Assembly: GCA_905178155.1 (NCBI GenBank)
Contig: CAJINV010000002.1
Span: forward strand, 10,710,709-10,774,708
Origin: Amoebophrya sp. A120
Lineage: Eukaryota > Protista > Dinoflagellata
Direction of reading: 5' to 3'
Length of the DNA stretch: 64,000 nucleotides
Positions 50,020-59,725 of this stretch are shown one piece after another. A program made the translations under genes and the position numbers. Below the pieces are notes generated by a model, which made no database searches, was not told where the DNA came from, and saw only the letters and a program-made list of their open reading frames with translations. Positions within the stretch are counted from its first letter, which is position 1; each line of letters opens with the position of its first letter.

Positions 50020-53000
50020 TCATTCCTGCGCGGGACCATCTGCGGGCGCCGCACCACGGCCGTCGCCGTCGGTGGGACTTCCGGCAGACTCGTTTTCTTT
50101 GTCTCCGCCCTGGGCCGTTTCCGGCGCCGGGGGGGGCGACTCCGTTTTTCTCCGTTTCAGAGCCGGTTCTTCAACCCCCTCAGAAGTTTGCTTCCAACGC
50201 TTTTCGACTTCCTCAAGCGCGGCGCGAAGGCGATCGGAATCGCTTCTCACTGCTCCAGCGGAATCGTCGGCGTTTGGGGCTTGCCTCTGCGACGGTTCTT
50301 TATCCGGTTTCCGAAGGGCGTTGACGTTGGGCACTAACGTGTCCTCGTCGAACTTGACCGACCGAGATTCGACTGTCGTCCATCTCTGGCCGCTCTTTGC
50401 GCGTGCATCATGGTGGAAAACACCTACCACGTACGAGCTTGACTCCCTGGAGTATCCGAGGAAGATTCCCTTTTCATAGCGGTCAACCAACTTCGTGCTC
50501 TCGGCTTTGTCGCTTGGAATGTGCTTGCGAACGTACGCAACGCACCCAAAGCGGCGAAGGTGTTTGACATCGGCCTGACGACCAAAACGCTTGTAGAAAG
50601 GGGCGGGGAACTTGGTTTTCCGCTGCACTCGGTTCTTGACATACGCAACGTAGCGCGCACACCAATCCCAGAGCCGGGGATCTACTCCTTGAAGGCTGGC
50701 CCGAAGACCGTCCCCAAGGGTTCTGTGCCAGCGCTCCACGTTCCCATTGCCTTGCGGCTCTCGTGGAACGCTGTGGCCAGCGACGCAATTGATTTCCCGA
50801 CAGGCTTCTTTCCATGGTCCTTCCATGCCTTTGAGCACGGGCTCATTGTCACAACGAGCGACCTTGGGGACCCCGACCTGTGTCGCAAAGTCCCGAAGGA
50901 CCTTGCCACATTGCGCTTTGTCTGTAATGCCCCAAGGTTCGAGCCAGTCTGTGGCTGAGTCCCGGAGCGTAATGCAGATTGTGTTCCCATCCATGGAAGC
51001 GGGTAATCCTCCGGAGAAGAAATCCGTCTCAACTTGGTCCATCCACTCCTTGTGGAGATAGGTCGCGGGGCGGACCTTTCGATGCTGTTGAGAACCATAG
51101 GACTTAGAAACAGCGCAGTCAGGGCAATGAACCTTGATGCCTTGAACTCCTAAATGCCCAAGCCTTTGGTGTAACCGCAAGGCGGAGCAGGAGTTCTGGT
51201 TTCCAATCACGTTCGCCAACGCCTCGCCTTCCAAGAGGTAGAAACCCACGCAAGGAAGCTTTTGACGTATTTTGACCGTGTGACGATAGCCCGAAGCGTC
51301 CTGGATCCATCGTTCTTCTTTCGCGTGGTAGTACGATCCACCATCCTGCGCCATCGTTTCGACAGAAAGCAGGCAAACCTGCAACGCAGGGTGGTACAAC
51401 GCAACCCGGGCACCCAAGTTATTGGGCTTAAGAATTCCGATTTTCGCAGGCTCAGAGCATTCGCCGTCAGCTGTTGCGAGACTCACGGTTTCTCCGGTAA
51501 AGCTCTCAAACATTGACTCATGCGGGAACATGTGGTGCGTAGCACCACTGTCCGTGATGACTTTCAAAACTCGAAGTCCATCCTTGGCTTTCGGCTGCTG
51601 CACGAAGTGCGCGCGCGCGTGCCTGGAGGAGTTAAGGACGTTCGGAAGACTCGTATACGCGGCACAACCGGCGGCATACGAGGGAAGTCGTAGCAACCTC
51701 CTGGAATTCAATTTCTTGAAAGAATTCCGGGGGAGTGAGATTCCGAATTTCTTCAAAATCTTGGGGGGGCAGGGACCGAAAAGATTCCAGATTTGCATCG
51801 CAGCTCTCACAAGACACGATGTAAATCGGTAGATTGGACTTCCAATCACGAGGGTGGGGCAGTTCAAAAACGTAAAACACACAAACACGAAGAACCACAA
51901 AACCGACAGAAGCAGAGCGAGCAGAACACTGGCCAAGTAAAAATTGACTGTTTTTAGGTGCGGAGAACGCACACCGAGCGGAGCACGCTCGCAGTATCCC
52001 TGGTTCACACTGTTCTTGTTTTGCTGTGGTTGACGCGTTTCGTAGAACTTTCGAACTTGTTCCGCCTTTTCTCCTGCAAGAGTGTAAGGCAACTCGACCG
52101 CCTTTCTCGCATAGTTCTCATCGGTGGCCATCCGATGCTCGTGCTCGCGCACAAACATGGGCAGGGTATCCGACAAGCCCCAAGGCGTGTTTTTCTTCTT
52201 TCCCACCGTGACGCCGTTGGTGATCCCATTCAGCTCCGGAAGCTGGACGGGGGCGGTCGCGGTCTTCTTTTCGGCGGTGTGGACGACAACAGCGGCGGCG
52301 CTGTTGGTGTTTGCCTTCTTGGTGTTGCTCGCGGTCGTCTGCTCCTGGGATTCCGAGGAGGAGAGCAGGGAGGCAACAGAAGACAAAGAACCCGACCGGG
52401 CGCGCGGGCGCTTGTTGGTGGTTTCGTCCTCGGCGGTGACCTGCAGCGGGAAAACGCGCGCGCAGTTCGCTCCTGCCTTCTTGTTCTTACCGGTGCCGGG
52501 CGGGGTTCCGCTCGCGGTCTTCTTCGCGTCGGCGGCCTTCTTCTTGCGGCACTCGCTCACGTCGTGGCCCTTGTGCCGGCAAAATTGGCAGCGCTTAGCC
52601 TTCTGGGTGTCCTCCGGCTTCTGCGTTTTGCCTTTGCCTTTGTTGGCGATCGCCTTAACGCTTGCCAACTCCTTCCGCAATTTTTCCTGGCTCTTCTCCA
52701 AGGCGACAACCTTGGCGCTGTTGGCCTTGCTGTCTTCGGTCTTGGTTTCGCCGGCAACGCGCTGGAACTCGCGGAGGGTGGTGGTGATGCGATCGGCGTC
52801 GGTCACCTCGTTGGCCATGAGCGTGGCAACGGTCGGGGCGAAGTTGTCGGGAAGTCCGGACAAAATGCAGCCGGCTAAGAACTCAGGCAGCAAAATTTTT
52901 CCGCCAAGCTTCTCGCGGAAGACAGCGCGCACGCGGTTAGCGTATTCGTCCGCAAACTCGCCGGGGTTCATCCGCATGCGGATAAGTTCCACGACAGCAG

Positions 53001-53460
53001 CGAAGCGGGTGGCCATCTTCTGACTGGCGTACTTATTTTCGAGCGCCCAAACCATGCGAAGCAGGTGCGTAGGCTGCGGGCCGGTGATCGCGCGCAAAAT
53101 TTGGTGGGGGTCCGGTCCACAACTTTGCGAAATCATGGCGGCGAGCGGTTTCGCGGTCCAGCTGTTCCAACTGGGAGCGGTTTCGATTTTCGCCAAGGCG
53201 GTCGGGATATCCGTGCCGCTAGCGATATCCTTCCGGTAATCCGCATAAAGTTCGGCCCAATCCTTCCAGGCTGTACCAGCTCCCGAGGACGGGGCGGAGG
53301 AAGAAGAGGAGGCGCCGACGGCGGTGGAGGTCGGGGGCGGGTTGCGCGGGTACCCTTCCAAGATGCGGAAGAGGTCAAAACTCCAGCGCGCCCAATCTTC
53401 CGCCGCCTCCAACTTCGTGGCCATCTTCGGCGGGGGATCCTTCTCGTTGCCGGTGGCCAT
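50020..53460 (-). CDS. Copia gag-protease-integrase ORF
   Basis: Zinc knuckle CQFCRHKGHDVSEC, protease DSGATHHM, HQRLGH..CPDC, integrase core (TDF..RCDN..PQGNGNVER), FGCVAY..GIFLGY; same frame as the RT ORF across one TGA. Confidence 0.93.
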   Translation of the reverse strand: MATGNEKDPPPKMATKLEAAEDWARWSFDLFRILEGYPRNPPPTSTAVGASSSSSAPSSGAGTAWKDWAELYADYRKDIASGTDIPTALAKIETAPSWNSWTAKPLAAMISQSCGPDPHQILRAITGPQPTHLLRMVWALENKYASQKMATRFAAVVELIRMRMNPGEFADEYANRVRAVFREKLGGKILLPEFLAGCILSGLPDNFAPTVATLMANEVTDADRITTTLREFQRVAGETKTEDSKANSAKVVALEKSQEKLRKELASVKAIANKGKGKTQKPEDTQKAKRCQFCRHKGHDVSECRKKKAADAKKTASGTPPGTGKNKKAGANCARVFPLQVTAEDETTNKRPRARSGSLSSVASLLSSSESQEQTTASNTKKANTNSAAAVVVHTAEKKTATAPVQLPELNGITNGVTVGKKKNTPWGLSDTLPMFVREHEHRMATDENYARKAVELPYTLAGEKAEQVRKFYETRQPQQNKNSVNQGYCERAPLGVRSPHLKTVNFYLASVLLALLLSVLWFFVFVCFTFLNCPTLVIGSPIYRFTSCLVRAAMQIWNLFGPCPPKILKKFGISLPRNSFKKLNSRRLLRLPSYAAGCAAYTSLPNVLNSSRHARAHFVQQPKAKDGLRVLKVITDSGATHHMFPHESMFESFTGETVSLATADGECSEPAKIGILKPNNLGARVALYHPALQVCLLSVETMAQDGGSYYHAKEERWIQDASGYRHTVKIRQKLPCVGFYLLEGEALANVIGNQNSCSALRLHQRLGHLGVQGIKVHCPDCAVSKSYGSQQHRKVRPATYLHKEWMDQVETDFFSGGLPASMDGNTICITLRDSATDWLEPWGITDKAQCGKVLRDFATQVGVPKVARCDNEPVLKGMEGPWKEACREINCVAGHSVPREPQGNGNVERWHRTLGDGLRASLQGVDPRLWDWCARYVAYVKNRVQRKTKFPAPFYKRFGRQADVKHLRRFGCVAYVRKHIPSDKAESTKLVDRYEKGIFLGYSRESSSYVVGVFHHDARAKSGQRWTTVESRSVKFDEDTLVPNVNALRKPDKEPSQRQAPNADDSAGAVRSDSDRLRAALEEVEKRWKQTSEGVEEPALKRRKTESPPPAPETAQGGDKENESAGSPTDGDGRGAAPADGPAQE

Positions 53461-53595
53461 GTTTGTGGTTCCTAGTTTTTCGAAATTTTTCAAAGTCTAA
53501 AACTAGGCGCGTCCAAGTGTAAAACTCAAGGGGATAAACAAAAAAATTATAACTAAACCCGGGGGGTTTAGCTCTCTAAGCACAGGGCTCAAGAT

Positions 53596-53820
53596 TGTTA
53601 GAACACTAAAACTACCACGTAGGCCGGTAGACAACCTACAAGTTCTAGCATCCACGTTACTGTTGCATTCGGGGAAAGGAACAAGTTCATCATCATCATC
53701 ATTTCGTCATCGCTCTGTACCATCGCTCTTCGCTCATGATGTGATTTCAGATCGTGGATTTCGAGTGGGATTTGCATCGTGTCATGAGATCTACATGGTA
53801 ATTTGATCTGCATGCCTACA
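53596..53820 (-). repeat. Copia 5' LTR (225 bp)
   Basis: Direct repeat of 47412-47635; followed on the - strand by the putative PBS atcttgagccctgtgc. Confidence 0.95.
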
Positions 53821-54149
53821 TAAACAAAGAAGCAGAGTTAAGCTTGTAAATGACTTTCAAAGTTTCAGCAGCAAGTAGTACTGATTCAAATCATAAATGC
53901 TTACCTGACAATGAAAGTGAAACGATCGAAGTGTGCTAGTAGTTTTCAGTGGTTTCATCTTTTATCTTTTATTCAACGACAGGGCTACTTTTAGCAAACA
54001 CCGACAAGCAAACTTAGAGAAAAAACCTTTTGCCCCCTTTCATACTTTGTCTTACAGTTCCTCTTAGAGTTTTGAAGTACCCTCTTCTGACACGACTTGG
54101 AAAGGAATAAGCTGTGGACAAAGGCGCAGAACCTGCTCGCATCGCGCCC

Positions 54150-56271
54150 TAGATACGAACGGATACTACAACAAACACAAAAATCACAACAACAGCACCA
54201 CGGGGGGCGTCGCCTGGGGGAAACGGCTGGCGACGCCCCCGACCCGGAACGCAAGCGCGAGCGCCAACAACGTCCCCGAGGAGTGGTTCCACACGTTACA
54301 GCGGCGGGGGGCGGTCGGGGACGTCGGAAGAACTATCCAAAACAAGATGGAAATCCGAGCTGCCCGGTTTGTGGCGCATTTCTGCCAATTTTCATATGAA
54401 GGCCACCCGGCCGGCCTGTGGAGCCCGCTAGGTTTGAGGAGCCCAGCACCCTGGGCGCGGTTTTGCATGCCCCCACAGCTCGGTCACAGGTTTATCCAAG
54501 GAAATTTGCATGCAAAATCCTCGCTCGCACTAGGATGAGATCGCCCCCATTGATTCAACAAGGATGTGATCGCCCCCATTGATTCCAAAAACCGATGATG
54601 ATCGGCCCCATTGATTCACTGCGCCGGATACGCACCTGATCAATTAGCGTTTGTTAGCTGCCGGGCTTCCTGCTGGGCTCTTGATCTTCGGGTCTTCCCG
54701 GTGGGCTCTTGCCAGGTGGGCCGTACACAATCTGTGCGTGTGCGGTTTCTCAGCGTGAAAAGTCGGGCCCGCACACTGGTCGCGCGTTCCGTCGTGAGAG
54801 TTAGAGAAATCTTCCGCTCGTGATAGACAAAGGCTAGTGCATTAAAGAACGATTGATTGATTGATTCGCGCTTTGATTGATTGTTTTTGTCATGATCCCC
54901 TCCTCATTTTTACACTAGGATGCGATCGCCCCCATTGATTCCAACTAGGAGATGATCGCCCCCATTGACTCCGAGCGACGGATCAGCCCCTGACAAATTA
55001 CCCCAGTACTCTTCGGAGTCCGGTCCTCCGGGACATATCGGCTACAACGTGGAAGTTGATAGGTGAAATGTCGGGCCCCCACACGGATTCGCGCTTTTAC
55101 ATGAGAGAAGATTTTTCGGAGTTTTCGCTCGTGTTCTAGCATAAGGCCGCGCAATGTAGATTGATTGATTGATTGATTTTGTCACCGTCGTGTTTCGTCC
55201 CCCTCTCTGCTTCAGCGTACATCAGGCCAGGGAAGAGTGCGAGACCGGGACGTGGGGGAGGGACGGCAGAAGCAGTTCCTCCGCGCCACGCTGACTGCTG
55301 CCTGCAGGAGATCAGGGACAAAAATTTTCTTTTTGCTAGTGCTAGTTTGACTTTGTCATGCGGAATTAGAGTCGGTCCTTGCATGCTCGTCGTTGTCCCA
55401 TGCCTCGCCCAGGAGGCAGGAAGCCTCTTTCTTGCATGCAGGGGACCGCGCGCTCGGTCTCGGGCAGGCAAAAGAGCATGCGTAAACACATGGGATACAC
55501 GGTAAGACAGATACTGCAACGACACAAAAACAACAACAACAGCACCACGGGGGGCGTCGCCCGGGGACAAGGCCGGCGGCGCCCCTGGCCTGGAGTACAA
55601 GCAGAAGCGCCGAGGAGTGTTTCCACACGCCCCGGAATACAAGCCTTCCCGAGGAGTGGTTCCACATGTGACAGCGGCGGAGGGCGGTCGGGGGCGACAG
55701 CAAGACTTATCCGAAACAAGATGAAAATCCGAGCTGCCCAAAAATTCGGCGGCTAGATTGTTGCCAGTTTCCATACAAAGGCCACCCGGCCGGCCTGTGG
55801 TGCATGCTGAGTTTGAGGAGCTCGGCACCCTTGGCACATTTTTTGTATGCCCCCCAGCTCGGTCACAGGTTTATCCGCGATTTTTGTCATGATCCCCTCC
55901 TCATTTTTACACTAGGATGCGATCGCCCCCATTGATTCCAACTAGGAGATGATCGCCCCCATTGACTCCGAGCGACGGATCAGCCCCTGACAAATTACCC
56001 CAGCGCTCTTCGGAGCCCGGTCCTTCGGGACATATCGGCTACAACGTGGTAGTTGATAGGTGAAATGTCGGGCCCCCACACGGATTCGCGCTTTTAACAT
56101 GAGAGACTTCGCAAGATTTCCTTCGTGTTTTAGCATAAGGCCGTGCAATGTAGATTGATTGATTGATTGATTGGCACGGATTCGCGCTTTTACATGAGAG
56201 AAGATTTTTCGGAGTTTTCGCTCGTGTTTTAGCATAAGGCCGTGCAATGTAGATTGATTGATTGATTGATT
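54150..56271. repeat. Two diverged copies (about 54150-55178 and 55493-56271) of a modular non-coding element with gatcgcccccattga subrepeats and (GATT)n tails
   Basis: 54160-54497 resembles 55508-55877; 54884-55172 is nearly identical to 55884-56172; (gatt)4-5 at 54851, 55159, 56153 and 56252. Confidence 0.85.
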
Positions 56272-56825
56272 TTCCACCAGATGATCCCGAATTCTAATTC
56301 TTATCGTGGCTTTTTGCGTAAACCGCTTTCCCTCGGACGCAACAAGGGGCTTTGTTTTCGCTAAGTACTTTTTTCGGGTGAAAATTTTGGAAATGCTCTT
56401 TTCAATTTCCAAAAAAAAAACACAGCCGCTTTTTGTGAGATTGCAACCCCGAAACTCCTATGTGAATTTCTACTTGTTGGAAAAAAGAGTTTGCAGTTGT
56501 CGTGGCGGAGCCAGCGCAGATGAATAGGCCACGTGGCAAACCGGGTGTTCGGTGATGTAGACGTTTGTTCCTCGGTTTCATTTTTCAGTTACACGTTCTA
56601 GACAGAAGATCGAAAAAATCTCGTTTTGGCTGTGCTATTTCATCTGTCAGAGATCTCCTGTGTTTGCGTCTGCCCCATCTTGCTTTATCGTCGGTTACTC
56701 CACCACTGCTCCCCTGTCACTCTATCGTTGGTCAACATCACAGTATGCAAATGTGCTAACCACTACCACACAAGACAAAACTCTGATAAAATTAAAATCA
56801 ACACAAATACTAGCACATCAACATC

Positions 56826-57382
56826 ATGCTCGCTCTCTCGCGGCAGCTTTACGGTGGACTTTGCTTGACTTCGATGGTCAAATGCGCAGACAATTGTGGA
56901 ATTGTCAAGGCGCGAATATCGGCAGTCGGGGTAAAATTTTTTTTGTAAAAGCTGTGTAGCCGTTTTTATTTTTTCTGAGTCAGGTGCATTTGATTATGAT
57001 TTTGATATTGATTCTGACCCCGAATTCTTGCTTGCTCAGCGTGCTGTCATTGCGATGACAGGGAGCTTTCGACTTGCCTGTATCAGTTTGTGCCTTTCTT
57101 TCGACAAAACAGCGGCAGAAAAAGGGGAATGGGGCGATGGGGCAGCGGTGCGCCTGTCACGTGCGCGACAAGAACGAAGCCTACTGGGGACCGCGCAAGG
57201 TCAAGGGGTTGATTGTGCGACGACGCGCACCCTCGATGCGAAAAGATGGATCAGTCATTTCTTTTGACGACAATGCAATCGTGATCATCAAGAAGAATAA
57301 GTGCCTGGGGACCAAAATAAAAGGTCCCGTAGGCTACGAAACTCGCCACACTTGCAAGTCTCTCGCGAGATGGATCTTTTGA
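56826..57382 (+). CDS. rpl14: Mitochondrial-type ribosomal protein uL14 (exons 56826-56930, 57113-57382)
   Basis: Exon 1 MLALSRQLYGGLCLTSMVKCADNCG...; exon 2 KGLIVR...RKDGSVISFDDNAIVII...GTKIKGPV; GT-AG intron 56931-57112. Confidence 0.88.
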
Positions 57383-59725
57383 ATAATTGCTCAACTACAT
57401 CTACTTGCAGATCAGTATATGTACAACAGACGGACAAAACTTCATTTTGTCACGATCATGACGAAGATTAACGAACACGAAATAAGTGCTTGATTTTGAG
57501 AAATTGAACGTTGGACAAATAGTTTGTTCAGCTCGTACCCAGTGTCAATGCAAGCAACATGCCGCCGAGGTCTATGCTATTCAGGCGACCTAGATTTTCA
57601 TTTTCTTTATCGGCTGGTTCGCTGCACAGTATTGGTTTAGCTCCGGTTGATCATGCATCCGTATTTAGGATCCACGTCGACGCTATCACCACCTAACTTT
57701 TGTTCACAATCGCCTGCTCCTAGGACTGGAAGATGGAAATGCCAATCTAAACTTGGATGAACTGCCTAGACTGCCATCTTAGATAGAACGATTCTGACAA
57801 CAACAGCAGTCAGATACCGGCAGTGACTCGCCTGTTGTGACAACACACCATCAACAGGAGCGCTTGCATGTGTGCTGTTTCATAGCTGTCAAGTTTTTCA
57901 TATATGATCCCGCGTCAGTAAATGGACTTCCGAAGCTTGGTCAGATCCTCCTATCCAGATGAAGATGAAAGCTAAACGCACTAGTCATTTGATTCATGCA
58001 GAAAAAATTAATTATCTGTGAAGCGATGAAAGCACTTTTTCATCGCGATCTTGATTTTTTTCCAGTTTTTCGTGCCTTAAGAGGAACACACACCATTTCT
58101 CCATTTGTTCGCACCACAAACAACAAATCCAATGAATCATCATACCTACAGGAGGCGGGTCGGAAGTACTAGATGTAGAAAACGTAGTTCGTAGTTTTTA
58201 GGGATTACCTTTTTAGTTTTAGAAAACTTTCCATTCGCCCAATGGAGGCCGGCAATACGGCTCCTTTTAGAAAAACTTGGTATGGTCACTACCATATTTG
58301 CATGTGCTGCTCGACGTGTCTATTTAAACTCCATCGAAATTAAGAACAAAAAATATTATTTTTCTGTGCTAGCTCCTGAGGCGGAGAAACAAGGAAGTGC
58401 ATAGAAATCGGCTGGTAGTACAAAGAGACGAGGCCGTATGTTTGACTTGACGGACGGAAACGGATCAAACCATATCTACAGCAAATACGATACAACTGCT
58501 CGCGTGGGTGCGCGACCGCTAGGATCTGCAGTTCTAGTTTCCATGAAACAAGAAGTGTTTGATTTTTTTCACATCCAAGAGCATTCTTTCGTGCAGGCTA
58601 CAGTTTGACCTTGACGCCGCTCTTAAGCCGTCTAGACGACTCTCGAAGTTATATTTATTGATTCCCCCATTGGGTAAACATAGAACATTGATTGTTACTG
58701 TTTAGTCATTTCAAATATAATTTTTCTTCCCTACTTCTCTTTCGTCCCGGCAGTTTTCAGAGCCTACGGACGGCATGCTTCTTTCGCTTTGGTGTACGAG
58801 TTTGTACGCCACGTTAGGGGGAGCGCTATGATCATGTGTGAAAATATAGCATAAAATACTACTACAGGGATATCTACTAGATTTCATTGGGAATCTCTAC
58901 TGATCGGATTCCAGTCGTCGTCACTTCCGCATCCTGTGACAGACACTAGTTACTATAGGTAAGTACGTCCTTACGAGGGAGAGCGCGGCTCGTACATTTT
59001 TTATGGGAAGATAGAAGTAACAGTAACTGTTGGTATCCTGCTCCGGTACACAAGATTCAGCAAGACTGTTACAGAAGCAGAGCGGTTTCCTAACTAAGAC
59101 GCACGTATGGACAACTCGACTTTGAGATGAACAAAGTCTAGGACGACTTACAATCGGAGTACGGCGGTGTGCTAGAATACAAAGTAAAGCTTAGAAAAGA
59201 AGCATGTAACGTAGAATACTGACATTTTCCCCCGCATTTTCGTCATGAAAGGCAGAAAGAAGAAAGAAAACTGACATCCCGGAGGAGGTTTTTTCGAGAA
59301 GAAAAGGAGGATCAGGATCACAGCAAACACTTTGGTAGCACTAGCGACCTAGTATGGGAAAGAGCATCACCATACGCGAGGCCAGCAGAGGTTGAGACAA
59401 GAGTTTTTACTCCTCGCAGCAGGCTAGGAATATTTTTAGTGGAGCTGAAGCAGAATTTCCGGAGTGAAGACGCAAAGAAGTAGTACAGCAGTCACATTCC
59501 GTAAAAATAGAAGTACCAACATCGCGACTCGAGTTACAGTTCACCGACACTACTTCTACTACACGTCCTCGGGCGACAGGAGCCGGGGGTTTGGACGCAG
59601 TCACAGGCACACCCGATCTTCTCTTTTCTTCTCCTCTACTGCGCGACGTTGTCCAGGGTTTGGATTTCGTCGAGTCGTGGAGGCTGAAAGAGGTACGAGA
59701 AGAAGAACAGACGAAAGGCAGTATC

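Larger units (their letters stand above)
47412..53820 (-). mobile_element. Full-length Ty1/copia LTR retrotransposon, TSD TAAAC
   Basis: TG...CA LTRs; taaac at 47407-47411 and 53821-53825; domain order gag-protease-integrase-RT-RNaseH; PPT gagggggaa next to the 3' LTR. Confidence 0.97.

Noticed and set aside
45830-54398. ccaattttcatatg at about 45830 and 54385 as a LINE TSD
   Set aside because: The first copy is not flush with the LINE 5' edge and the second lies inside a different repeat that has a diverged paralog
54535-55970. gatcgcccccattga repeats as a CRISPR array
   Set aside because: Repeats of about 15-20 bp with gaps of about 10 bp, no unique 30-40 bp spacers, no cas genes, eukaryotic context
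54149-56271. Helitron end or Penelope/hammerhead interpretation of the duplicated element
   Set aside because: CTAG end is present in only one copy and the hairpin is too distant; no CTGANGA...GAAA hammerhead core seen
57400-59400. 2-kb ORF-free stretch as an RNA gene locus
   Set aside because: No tRNA, rRNA, snRNA or spliced-leader motif recognisable by eye
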